IMG/VR virus record: IMGVR_UViG_3300029288_000072
Location: 64,001 to 128,000 of that record
Strand: one strand, 5' to 3'
DNA: 64,000 bases
Source of the DNA: a virus
Taxonomy: Duplodnaviria; Caudoviricetes
Shown here: positions 42,201 to 50,539 of the stretch, in pieces
Numbering within the stretch: position 1 is the first letter of the stretch
Layout of the letters: every line of letters starts with the position of its first letter
The notes under the pieces: generated by a model
Database searches by the model: none
Told to the model about the DNA's origin: nothing
The model's input: the letters and a program-made list of their open reading frames with translations, nothing else
Program-made: the position numbers and the translations under genes

Positions 42201-43128
42201 CAGATATTTCTTTAAACGCAAACGTATTTTGACTATCTTGTAATGGAATATTATTTAAAAAATTATCTGTTATAGCAGGATATGGTGTAGTACCAAAATT
42301 TGTCGTCCACATTTCTTTAATATCAATTACAAATCCATATAATTTAAAAAATGATTCTAATGCATGTTCTGATCCATTTTCTTTAAACAGTTTTGCAGTA
42401 TTTAATATAAAATTTCTAAATATGTTAAGTTCTTCATCGGTTGCAACATTACGAGAAATTCTGTCAAATATATCATAATCCAAAAATTCGTCTGGATATA
42501 AACTATTTTGTTGAGCAGAGTATCCAACCTTTTTTGCATAAAAGTTTTGATGCCCCAATGTATTAGAAAATATTTCTAAAAATTTTGGAGCAACCTTTTT
42601 AATATCAATTAAATTTAATGTCTCTCCAATTTCTTTATACATTCTGTCAAACATTTTTCCGGTTGATGATACTAAATCATTAAATCCTTGACTTGTTTCC
42701 ATTGCTACTAAGTGTGGTGTTGTCATGTGCTGTTTTAACCAAGCAACGCTCACAGATCCAACATCTACTTCTTTTGTGAAACTGTTCTTTATTCTAAAAA
42801 ATATATTTAATGTTTCGTGATATATTTCTGCCGAATATATAGTTAATTTCACTGGATACAAATTTGTATTTTGATATATATTAGATGGATTTTCTTCTAC
42901 TGATATATTTCCATCACCAAATTCCCATTCATATCTATCAATAGCAGTAACATTAACATTTTCTATATCAATATCAAATAAATCTACTTCATTGCCATCA
43001 GAATCTATTGCTTGTGTAAAATTATCATTAATAGGATTTCCTACTGTAGATCTATTATCAAATCTAACATTTGCAGGAGCATAAATTGCTAATGGATATG
43101 TAGAAAAGTCTGCTTGAAATCGTGACAT
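36277..43128 (-). CDS. giant baseplate wedge protein (gp7/P2 gpI-like) with PKD and PA14-like/lectin domains
   Basis: YEWEFGDG..NPSNIY PKD; LIDIKKVAPKFL...KENGSEHAL gpI-like; RGFIKVTTQGYYNF PA14-like; directly follows gp6. Confidence 0.75.
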   Translation of the reverse strand: MSRFQADFSTYPLAIYAPANVRFDNRSTVGNPINDNFTQAIDSDGNEVDLFDIDIENVNVTAIDRYEWEFGDGNISVEENPSNIYQNTNLYPVKLTIYSAEIYHETLNIFFRIKNSFTKEVDVGSVSVAWLKQHMTTPHLVAMETSQGFNDLVSSTGKMFDRMYKEIGETLNLIDIKKVAPKFLEIFSNTLGHQNFYAKKVGYSAQQNSLYPDEFLDYDIFDRISRNVATDEELNIFRNFILNTAKLFKENGSEHALESFFKLYGFVIDIKEMWTTNFGTTPYPAITDNFLNNIPLQDSQNTFAFKEISVSGFNNSAANISSNLSNLILDNFHYSTKHVYPTDNISEDSCEAKFEINETSPNIIKIIREDGRSISNISTCGSFSTPVCPVHDGEACTDSGAMIVANEEWPGIGKITSGTNVKMWRVRDNYVSSLINIYGRLPSGDDEIDENPINNTDDYLWANWKSGILHAPDIPGYTDINFFKPSDQFILPLINSSTSDTNNKLFSTSLTKVDSSRDLFVVCRGFIKVTTQGYYNFFVDIGNDGDDSDNNHIALFSLKHTVSYTEDQLNEYDSLNDFTFIRASGDLSYTVTDGDVSRSIYGKAGEYGLIELRQNEYQDSEFNDYSQDSGFYLLSPGYYAYELKTTYNVLATKKLKLYWKIWNEVIREAGTFFEAVQPKTIIPSTALITLDEFSKDIEDSIGKGHLIMPSSILEGGDAIKVVYFNSHNTNNNLSGFISTDYKYKDLDIEIRISPVSISNTDSIINVNIPKKTFGILFRGYNSGKDLYATVDSYYAFIMNGYTGEYSLINAEYNDEIETTYFRYLNLNTESSDLDKRIFYKNIVDELDHQLEMEDDTYYDFKLVVTDNKVSVYYRPNSIFTEAVDKIRKSISIDLKTYDFASESWQLLLENIDLLQDDVQTETLDFDKNILDIPQKYEPITEKGYYGFFSVDSIFKINRFITQSKDNDDYNRLTTIDKWKNIKPQYQENRSSDVLYYNSYGINDSSKPTNTEFQTRVKDDYAGETIIELPSYLNSITNNNVNEIFTDNVVVSSDGSRLNLLFNEDFINERFSSINDVLDSIVIPIGKFYEPFVEWSESIGQYSQNPFITVNQYISESAKIRPHTIAALRENDDLVIEYISSITRDEDENTKLLLETTLNTLIKATNTGTFNGVFEEVLPYSANETITVPTLGIVENPVFTIINRNSEKIGVQINNTQAFTKLQCRYCEHAIIYGLYELTLPETSIEIDGSYVNTIEYFIPIGKLDSSNMTFMPPAAILSSNIGINLIGVYAHLDSSHFTSADTTNNICFIIDSLNTFEIQYKSKVKCTYHIDYDIPLIAKITKYNNAVIKQNIPEECNSGNYLYRDSSNTECTNFVSNAYFLPDELQNIVKYFEVLYPVMENNVIDDEFENQFNWWMPTNIWLRRKTTPLYPNNSNNILFTGYSDIGESFYGQTIDSAGIKLSLDDDFNADLGTYIVDGEWCVSSSSWDSTYFDVNGITGTFNIIEIGDTMSAPISLELVTEQNKEYLMFGNYYNIETIGKRTFSPVGSFNWFHTHSDGISGSEMVGWDVTDWNQQFINCFKVKNVYYKITDPVFEMNKYWAFYDTSIPPIGSQINIIYSNRNCYEIDGDNTPDAIEQTITLGSSDGYQGFFSIPVILENYINWIKQINSVNVNYYTIDKDQYNVDNGNILLYTDKYSFNKFIGSDISMSLYIDPSLSESTTTSLYDDFYNNREINWMTCVDNSKYYVVGTRSVDTELKYTGSSFPYNITQYKNSNVYQALDKFDNTTIKEFAGSNDTSIDSKTVGFTNNVGFRNIMELITTESNNYSISCDFIFDKTITTYPYSRNFELILNANSKFIPVANEWGITDFYYVGTGTNGFDVGLGMRSYDINGNIVNDTFLVSFGDYNMRNVVSDKWYSIKADVSTENIKIYFNEKGDGEKLIINYNINKKYEKLTERYLKGEYETLQSILIGLEELTITYPDKLSSKVSQDFTFDKFSEEFASTLPINGQYCGFRVFNDKTYISNVKYSSNVSKKYTYGSAFDVVAFNDLLYKIQSGFTLETDVEIRNVDSTLNGMLLILIDDDLFYQFDTSYPEKYPNKVDSFKVVNDKIIIVEKKLLSDSGIGINRFTVGDNTFTWSIEAGTNNYGVVQYKQLLQTIPNASKITINRTFETGNIVTREVGYVSGTSGEITGSNSVITVNDEVIVTISGDRVINWPLNGTWARYSLFVRAYHEGFTKEYPILIKDKTFYTDSLTEYLDISNKIISNVYINDNRLNIIFEDII

Positions 43129-46100
43129 TTATGGAACCACCTCTATAATTATATCACCTAATATCGGAAATTCAAATTTATTTAGATTTATATTTAATGT
43201 AAATACCCATGTACGTTCATTTGTTTCTGTATTTGTCACATCAAATAATGGTTCTACTATTGTTAGTAGAGAAGGATCTTTGGCCAACAATTCTAAAATT
43301 TTTGCACGTTTAACATCTTGAACAGTTTTTGTACTCGTTGCAACAGCATCTATATCATAATCAGTTTCTTTTAATACATCGCCAACATCTTTGTGCATTG
43401 CGACTTCGACATAATCAATTCCGGTCAATACAGAAATATCTGTTAATAAATCAGAATGTTTTATTTCTTCTCCCATTTCATGATTGTTTTCATCAAAGAA
43501 ATTATTAATTATTGTACGAATAGACGCATCAATTGATTCACGGGAAGAATATGATAATGGTTTATATCTTACACGAACATCAATAGGTACTTTTGTTGCA
43601 CTAAAAACTTTATGTTCCACGGTAAGCATAGTTGTTATATTTGAATTTAAAGACTCTGTTATCAAATCCATAACATCTTTTGATAATGATTCCGTATTTC
43701 TTGGTAATGCGATTACAAATATTGTATTAAACCAATATTGTTCTATATCATCCTCTGGCAAAAATCCAGATTCTTTTAACTCATCATATGATAGAACTTC
43801 TGCCTTTATTATATAATCATTAAATGCTTGTTCAATAAATCCTTTATAGTCTCCAAGAGATACTAATCTATTTTGTCTTAGATTTGAAGTAGATGCATTT
43901 CTTCTTAATTCTTCTACTGTTTCAGGAAATGCTCCTCCTATTGCAGAAGTAGGTTGTTTAATTGTTAATTCTTCACTAGTTAGTCGTGTACCATCTGCAT
44001 CATATAATGCTGTTGGATCTGTTCGTTCGTTAGCAGCAACATATGATGATTTTCTTTTCAATCCGAGCAATTGTATAAATTGTGCTTCAAATTGTAAAGT
44101 TATATTATCATCACCTAATATTTGTTTTGATAATGTCAATGATTCTGATAATGTATTAGGTGGTATATTTCCATATTGACCTACAGTTTCAAGCCCAAAT
44201 ATATAAATTTCGTTTCCATATGGGTTTGTACCAAAAGATTCTCCATCACCAAAAGATATTTCTATTTTTTGATACTCATTTACTCTAATAAAAAATACTT
44301 TACTTCCGACATCTATTTCTGTACTTGAAATTAATGCAGATCCTTCTGACCACTCTTCCCAATCACCTGCAGTATTTTTAACAAATACCCTAATATCACT
44401 ATATGATATATTTTCTTGATCACAATATAATTTTATTTCTTGGAATGATGTTCTATCTGCTGTATATTTTAAATTTAAAAAATTATTTTCTTCATTTATT
44501 GCTCCATTACTATTAATAAATGAGAATAATATATTACCTTGTTTTAAATTTCTTATTTTAAATGTTTCTGGAATATTTACAAATCTTAATCCTGGTAGTG
44601 TTCCATTACTACTAACTTGTCCTAAGAAATTTACCATTCCATGTTTTTGATATCTATATTCTGTTGAATAGTCTGCAAACCAATCAATTGTTACTTGTCC
44701 TTCTACAGAATCTTCAATATTAATAGTAAATCCAGATGATGTTTTATTTGTATAGTATACATTAACATTTTTATTCGCTATCATATGCAATCCATAACTA
44801 TCATCAGGAAATACAACATCAAATACTATATCTTTTGTTTTATTTTCATCTGATAAAATTGCTGTTCCTCGTTTTAATGTAGCAGCATTTTGTTCAGAAA
44901 TAACATTTTCGTCTGTGCTATCAAAAACAAAGGTTGACCATGTTACGGTTCCATTAAATGATTTTTCTACATTTATTTTAAATCCCTCTGATGTTTTTTC
45001 TGATGCCCATACTTGAACATTATCAGATGGTGTTAAAAATATTGTATAATCAACATCTTCTCCATCAATTTGTGGGATTGCTTCATCGAAAGAAACATTT
45101 ATTTCTCTTGTTAATGTTGTATCGAATTGTGTTGCTAACCAATATACTTTTCCATCAAATCCAGAATTTGGTTCGACATTTATTATAAATCCATCTTCTG
45201 TTTTGCTAGATACCCATACCTGAACATTGTCGGATGGCGTTAATGATACAACATAATCATCTGGATTTGTTGTAGTAGTATCAGAAAATTTATCAGAGAA
45301 TGTTACATAAACTTTTTCTACACCACTTGCAACTTCAACATATCCTGTTTTTTGTTCTGCTGTATTAAGTTCAATACTTGGAACAGCCTGGAAATCACCA
45401 AATCTATTTCCGGTTGAACGAATAATTGTACTTGTTGATGTTGACGAATCTACATATGACGGATAAATTCTTGCTATAGTTGCTTGATTTGTTCCGGGTT
45501 CATCTGCCGTAACAATTAATTCAGCATTATAATTTAATTGAGATTTTGTTGGACTTACTATACTTAAATTTACATTATAATATTCCGCATTAATATCCCA
45601 ATTATTTCTATTGAAAATTTGTGAGCTTATTCTTCCAGACTCAAACGTGTAAATTGCTCCATCAACTAATATCTGTAATGGTGGTTTATCACCACTCTTA
45701 TTAATATCTAAATGTATTTGTTTTATGCTGTTTGATGTGCCTTCTATAATGTCATATTCAAATGAAACAGAATCTAAATTTGATGCACCAAGTACACCAA
45801 TATAAAATCTGCGCTTAGAATTGTTTTGAACTTCTTTTAAAGTATAATATCCATCAATAGAAGAGGATGGTTCTAAAATTATAGAGGTAATTATATCATC
45901 TCGTCTTTCTTCTAATTGTTCTCCCTCTTCTATAATTGATAAGAAAGGAGCACCTTCAAGTTCATTATAATTCCATATTATATAATATATTGTATTAATA
46001 CTTAATGAAAATGCTGGATCGTTTACATTTATGTTTCTTGTAAATGGCTGTCCTATAGAATTTGAATTGTTTGGGTCAAATAATGGAGCATTATCAGTAT

Positions 46101-46794
46101 CATATCCCCTATAATTATTAGGATCTAATCTATCTAATATAGATAATGGTGCAGTATCAGAACATACCAACTCAATATTTGATGCCAAAAACAATATTGG
46201 TGTTCCAGAAGTTCCTGTTGTTCCAGTAGTACCAGTTGTACCAACGCCAGTCGTTCCTTCTGTTATTCCCCAAAAACTTGCGGGTTTAGTTAATGGTAAT
46301 TGTGATCCACTATAGATAAAATCTGATTGTTCAACAGAATGTATTCCAAATCCTTTTACAATATATGGATATAATGTAGGATTTGTAAAAGCAAAATTTT
46401 GTCCTTCCGGTGTCTTTTTTATAGATGGAAAAATTGAATATGATGGTATTTCAAATCCAATATCTTCTTTTCCTAAACAATATTCGGCAGATAATGATCC
46501 AATAGCATCTACTGTTGCTGCTTTATCTCCGCGTGGATAATATGCTAATAAACTACATATTCTATTTAAATTTTTATAACGCTTTGCTGATGGTAAAAAT
46601 ACTTCATTTGCAACAGAATTAGTATAATAACCAAATAATGATCCTAAATATGCATATAATCCGACAAGTGTATTAATATTTGATGCTTGAAATTCTGCAT
46701 CTTTAAACGTTTGTGTTTCTCTTAAATATTCAATTAATTCATTTTTAAGAACATCAAAGTCATATGCTGTATAATCAATAGTTATTGCACCCAT
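43129..46794 (-). CDS. baseplate wedge subunit gp6 (enlarged by insertions)
   Basis: YDFDVLKNELIEYL, NEVFLPSA, ISFGDG..FG..P, GGAFPETVEELR, QNRLVSLGDY. Confidence 0.92.
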   Translation of the reverse strand: MGAITIDYTAYDFDVLKNELIEYLRETQTFKDAEFQASNINTLVGLYAYLGSLFGYYTNSVANEVFLPSAKRYKNLNRICSLLAYYPRGDKAATVDAIGSLSAEYCLGKEDIGFEIPSYSIFPSIKKTPEGQNFAFTNPTLYPYIVKGFGIHSVEQSDFIYSGSQLPLTKPASFWGITEGTTGVGTTGTTGTTGTSGTPILFLASNIELVCSDTAPLSILDRLDPNNYRGYDTDNAPLFDPNNSNSIGQPFTRNINVNDPAFSLSINTIYYIIWNYNELEGAPFLSIIEEGEQLEERRDDIITSIILEPSSSIDGYYTLKEVQNNSKRRFYIGVLGASNLDSVSFEYDIIEGTSNSIKQIHLDINKSGDKPPLQILVDGAIYTFESGRISSQIFNRNNWDINAEYYNVNLSIVSPTKSQLNYNAELIVTADEPGTNQATIARIYPSYVDSSTSTSTIIRSTGNRFGDFQAVPSIELNTAEQKTGYVEVASGVEKVYVTFSDKFSDTTTTNPDDYVVSLTPSDNVQVWVSSKTEDGFIINVEPNSGFDGKVYWLATQFDTTLTREINVSFDEAIPQIDGEDVDYTIFLTPSDNVQVWASEKTSEGFKINVEKSFNGTVTWSTFVFDSTDENVISEQNAATLKRGTAILSDENKTKDIVFDVVFPDDSYGLHMIANKNVNVYYTNKTSSGFTINIEDSVEGQVTIDWFADYSTEYRYQKHGMVNFLGQVSSNGTLPGLRFVNIPETFKIRNLKQGNILFSFINSNGAINEENNFLNLKYTADRTSFQEIKLYCDQENISYSDIRVFVKNTAGDWEEWSEGSALISSTEIDVGSKVFFIRVNEYQKIEISFGDGESFGTNPYGNEIYIFGLETVGQYGNIPPNTLSESLTLSKQILGDDNITLQFEAQFIQLLGLKRKSSYVAANERTDPTALYDADGTRLTSEELTIKQPTSAIGGAFPETVEELRRNASTSNLRQNRLVSLGDYKGFIEQAFNDYIIKAEVLSYDELKESGFLPEDDIEQYWFNTIFVIALPRNTESLSKDVMDLITESLNSNITTMLTVEHKVFSATKVPIDVRVRYKPLSYSSRESIDASIRTIINNFFDENNHEMGEEIKHSDLLTDISVLTGIDYVEVAMHKDVGDVLKETDYDIDAVATSTKTVQDVKRAKILELLAKDPSLLTIVEPLFDVTNTETNERTWVFTLNINLNKFEFPILGDIIIEVVP

Positions 46795-46807
46795 TTAAAT
46801 CTCCATC

Positions 46808-47194
46808 TCACAAGCGTTCTATAGAAAATAGTACAGTTTCGGGTTTACTTGCATTAATTATTTGATATGTTAATTCTACTTCGTATGAATTATATTGTTG
46901 GTTCATAATAACATTTATATCTAAAATAACAATTCTCTTCTCATAATTTGTTATGCTTTCTCTTAATTCTTCACCAATACGTTTTGCGGTTGAAATGTCA
47001 AAAGGTTCAAATAAAAATCCTCTAATTCTACAACCATAATTGCTCAGAAATACCCTAGATCCTTTTGCCGTTTCTATTATCATTTGCAAACTTTGTTTAA
47101 TTGATTCTTCATTATCGACTGTAGATATATCTCCGGTCGATGTTATTGATATATCAAGGGGTAAATCTCTAAAAAATATTTCTTTATTTGCCAT
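46808..47194 (-). CDS. baseplate wedge subunit gp25
   Basis: SIKQSLQMIIETAKGSRVF..NYGC.I...LFEP...ITNYEKRI; start at 47194 after GAGG RBS. Confidence 0.93.
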   Translation of the reverse strand: MANKEIFFRDLPLDISITSTGDISTVDNEESIKQSLQMIIETAKGSRVFLSNYGCRIRGFLFEPFDISTAKRIGEELRESITNYEKRIVILDINVIMNQQYNSYEVELTYQIINASKPETVLFSIERL

Positions 47195-47210
47195 GAATGA
47201 CCTCACAGCA

Positions 47211-47218
47211 TATTTATA
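47211..47218 (-). promoter_or_regulatory. T4-type late promoter TATAAATA
   Basis: Exact motif just upstream of gp25. Confidence 0.75.
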
Positions 47219-47238
47219 TTTTTTTATATTTTAATTAA

Positions 47239-48870
47239 TTATTTTTCTTTGTTTTCAACAGTTTCTTGTTTGGCTATGCTTGCGGCTTGCGCTTGTGATG
47301 GGGTAGATGGAGAATTTGCTCCTGCACCCGTTCCGCTTCCTTGTCCGGTAGAAACTATTAATCCATGGGCAATTACAGGAGAACCTATGTCAGCAATCCC
47401 TCTATTTCTTAGATATCCACCACAATCTATTCCTGTTTGAACATACATATTTTGTCTAATTCTTGCTGTTCCCCCAATATCACAGTTTCCTCCTATAATA
47501 TTATTTCCACCAATATGAAGATTTCCACTTATTTTTACTTCGGCTGCATTTATATCCATATTATTAGTAGTTAATTTTGTATCACCATTAATTAATATGT
47601 CAGCATTTTGTGCATTAATCTTTGCATCTTTTTCTATTAATATATCACTATTTCCTTTAACCGTGGCTTTTAAATCTTTATCAATTAATAAATTTGCGCT
47701 TCCTTCAATATGGGCATTTAAATTATTTTTAATTCTTGCGTCTACATAACCATTTTGTACATCTATATTTAAATTTCCTTTTTCTAATATTATATCACAA
47801 TCACCAGTACGCGATACTATTCCAACACTCTTTCTGGCATCTATCTGTACATGTTCATCACATTGTATATGTGTTCTACCCTTTATATACATGTCATAAT
47901 TACCAAATACATGCAAAATATGGTTTCCTTCGACACCAATTTCATAATTTGTATTAACATCAGGATCTTTAATCAACGGATTTACAGGATTTTTACTGTT
48001 TTCCGGTTCATTATGATTTCTTTTTCCGATATAAACCTTTCTATTTCCTTCGTCATCAGTATTTTCCATGTAATTTTTATGTATTATAAATATTTGTTCT
48101 TTTCCGGAACTATTATCAACAATAATAGATGTACCATTTAAACTTGTTAAACATGATACATCTCTATTTGGTGTATCTACGTCAATAGGCTTAATTGATA
48201 ATTTTGGTTTTTCTACCAACGCATCAACTTTAGCGTTTTTTGCCCAATCATCACCGATTGCTTCTTTTCTTGGTTCAAATTGTTGTTTAAATCCATCAAT
48301 CTGATTTATTTTTTGATTTATTTCACCAGATCTAAATGATTTTTGGGTGTTCCAATCTGTTCCGCTGGGTGCCATTGCGAAATAAATTGGTTTCATATGA
48401 TTACCGTTTTCAAAGAATAAAAATACCCAATTTCCTCTCTTTGGTACTGTAAAAAATCCACCAGTTCCGCATACATTACCGAAATTATCATAAAATTCGG
48501 TTTGCGTTTTGGTTTTTCCAGAATTTGAGTCTGTTCCTTTATCAAAAATTGAATTTGCAGAAGGAAGTGTTTGTGTTTCTGGACTATCACCAGGAGGACT
48601 TGGATTATATCTTATATCATTTTGATCAGGAGTTTTACCAGAATGATCTTTATTTAAAATATTTCCACCACCAGACCAATATAACCCTAATGCGGGTTCT
48701 GCCCATGGTAGAGAATCTACTGGCAATTCTTTTCCATCTTCTGTATGTAATTGCCATATTCTGACTCTAACTCTTCCAGAATCAAGAGGATCCGAATTAT
48801 CTTCCACAATTCCACGAAATATTCCAGTGAAGTTATAATTAATTTTATTAAAATTATTTAATTCTACCAT
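47239..48870 (-). CDS. baseplate hub/central spike gp5-like (OB fold + beta-helix, no lysozyme)
   Basis: GIVEDNSDPLDSGRVRVRI, LPWAEP, VPKRGNWVFLFFENG; 8-residue beta-helix repeats. Confidence 0.9.
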   Translation of the reverse strand: MVELNNFNKINYNFTGIFRGIVEDNSDPLDSGRVRVRIWQLHTEDGKELPVDSLPWAEPALGLYWSGGGNILNKDHSGKTPDQNDIRYNPSPPGDSPETQTLPSANSIFDKGTDSNSGKTKTQTEFYDNFGNVCGTGGFFTVPKRGNWVFLFFENGNHMKPIYFAMAPSGTDWNTQKSFRSGEINQKINQIDGFKQQFEPRKEAIGDDWAKNAKVDALVEKPKLSIKPIDVDTPNRDVSCLTSLNGTSIIVDNSSGKEQIFIIHKNYMENTDDEGNRKVYIGKRNHNEPENSKNPVNPLIKDPDVNTNYEIGVEGNHILHVFGNYDMYIKGRTHIQCDEHVQIDARKSVGIVSRTGDCDIILEKGNLNIDVQNGYVDARIKNNLNAHIEGSANLLIDKDLKATVKGNSDILIEKDAKINAQNADILINGDTKLTTNNMDINAAEVKISGNLHIGGNNIIGGNCDIGGTARIRQNMYVQTGIDCGGYLRNRGIADIGSPVIAHGLIVSTGQGSGTGAGANSPSTPSQAQAASIAKQETVENKEK

Positions 48871-48871
48871 A

Positions 48872-49495
48872 TTATTCTATCCGCATTTTATTAAAGGCAT
48901 CAAATATATATATCTTTTTATTTTGTATTGTTTTAGATTTATTGCAAATTAGTTCTAAATTAGTCAATAAAGAATTACAACATTTAATAATTTCACTTGG
49001 GCACAAATATGGTTTTCTTTCAATTCTATTTAATCGTATAGTTCCTACTAATGCAATATTGGACAATCTTTCTTTATATTCGTTTCGTGTATTTTCTGTC
49101 TTAGAATTTTTAAATTTTCTATATATTTTAATTAATTCTTTAATAGTATAAGGAAGTTTACATGATTCGTCCCAACACCAATCATAATATATTTTAAATA
49201 TATCTGTCGCAATAGAATCATTTAAACATATAGAATCAATATCCACTTCAAATGTTGTCTCTTTTGTACCATCTTTTAATTCTACATGTTCAAATTCTGG
49301 TTTATCTTGAAACCACCATTTTATATCTTTTTTAGATGGTAAATTATTAATACTATATTTTTCTATGAGACGACATTTCTCAATATATTCTTCTACAAAC
49401 CCGTCGATTTTCTTTTCAAGATCTTTTTTATTAATATGTTGTTTTAATCTTGTTAAAAGAAGTCTACGAATTTTCTCTTTATCGTTACTTGCCAT
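48872..49495 (-). CDS. hypothetical protein heading the gp5 operon
   Basis: 207-aa ORF; GGGGA RBS inside a hairpin. Confidence 0.75.
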   Translation of the reverse strand: MASNDKEKIRRLLLTRLKQHINKKDLEKKIDGFVEEYIEKCRLIEKYSINNLPSKKDIKWWFQDKPEFEHVELKDGTKETTFEVDIDSICLNDSIATDIFKIYYDWCWDESCKLPYTIKELIKIYRKFKNSKTENTRNEYKERLSNIALVGTIRLNRIERKPYLCPSEIIKCCNSLLTNLELICNKSKTIQNKKIYIFDAFNKMRIE

Positions 49496-49503
49496 AAAAC
49501 ATG

Positions 49504-49534
49504 ATCCCCATTGTATTTATTATACAACGGGGAT
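49504..49534 (-). promoter_or_regulatory. RBS-sequestering hairpin/terminator with late-promoter-like AATAAATA in the loop
   Basis: ATCCCCGTTGTAT-AATAA-ATACAATGGGGAT, 13 bp with one GU. Confidence 0.7.
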
Positions 49535-49567
49535 TAAAATTATAAATTTTAAATATTTAAAAATTAA

Positions 49568-50539
49568 TTATTTAATAGCATTAAGAGTGTGTAACATTAT
49601 ATAATAATTTTTTATTCTTTGGTAATCCATTATTACGGAATCAATCTCTATAGGAATAGGTTCTTCTGATGAATCTAAATTAAATTCTAAAATAGTATCA
49701 ACATTATAAATTGATTTTAAAATCTTTAGATGGTCTACAATTAATATTGCTCCTGATATTATTCTAGAAATAGTTATCGAATTTCCTTCTACATCGTTGG
49801 ATGATTTATTTCCGATGGAAATACTATCAAGATTAATTCCCTTAAATTGATCATGTTTTATATTTTCTCTCAAAGAGAATATATTTTTTTCTAAAATTGG
49901 CATTAAATTAACATACCCCATCATCATATCATAATCACCAGATATTAAACTTATTCCAAATTTATTGTCTGGTTTTTTATATGCAATTATGTATCGTAAA
50001 ATATCAACTGCGTTGTCACCTACATCGGTAACGATTCCCCTACTCATCACATAATCTATATCATTTTTATCCGTATATTGTGTCGGTATAACATTTTCAA
50101 AAATTTTACGAGGATTTGAAGAAAACTTAAATCTTCCTGCTAATGCCGCACATATATTACCATTCGTATATTTTGCGAATAATTGATGCGTAGAATATAT
50201 TCCTAATTTTTGAAATTGCGCTTCTGAACGATGGTCTCCCCCAAACTTCTTTGGATATGTAAGTTTTATACAAGAACTAGGAGAAATACATACAGGAATA
50301 AATATTTCATTTGCGACTATTGTATTATCTATAGTTGGTTGTTTTTCTTTTCTCTCATTATATGCTTTCATTAATGAAGGATATAATATTAATGAATGAT
50401 TTATATATTCTAAACATGATGGAGAATTTGACTTTTCTGTTCCTATATTATTATTTGTATTAATATTGATCATTGTTAGATCAATATTATCAATCTCTGC
50501 ACCGAAAAATAATTTCAATTCTTTTTTTGATGAACTCAT
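49568..50539 (-). CDS. hypothetical protein coupled to MoxR ATPase
   Basis: 323-aa ORF, ATGA overlap. Confidence 0.75.
   Translation of the reverse strand: MSSSKKELKLFFGAEIDNIDLTMININTNNNIGTEKSNSPSCLEYINHSLILYPSLMKAYNERKEKQPTIDNTIVANEIFIPVCISPSSCIKLTYPKKFGGDHRSEAQFQKLGIYSTHQLFAKYTNGNICAALAGRFKFSSNPRKIFENVIPTQYTDKNDIDYVMSRGIVTDVGDNAVDILRYIIAYKKPDNKFGISLISGDYDMMMGYVNLMPILEKNIFSLRENIKHDQFKGINLDSISIGNKSSNDVEGNSITISRIISGAILIVDHLKILKSIYNVDTILEFNLDSSEEPIPIEIDSVIMDYQRIKNYYIMLHTLNAIK

Noticed and set aside
36277-48870. Bacterial contractile injection system (T6SS/eCIS/tailocin) rather than phage
   Set aside because: T4-type late promoters, dNMP kinase, dCMP deaminase and dense small hypothetical genes indicate a lytic phage genome
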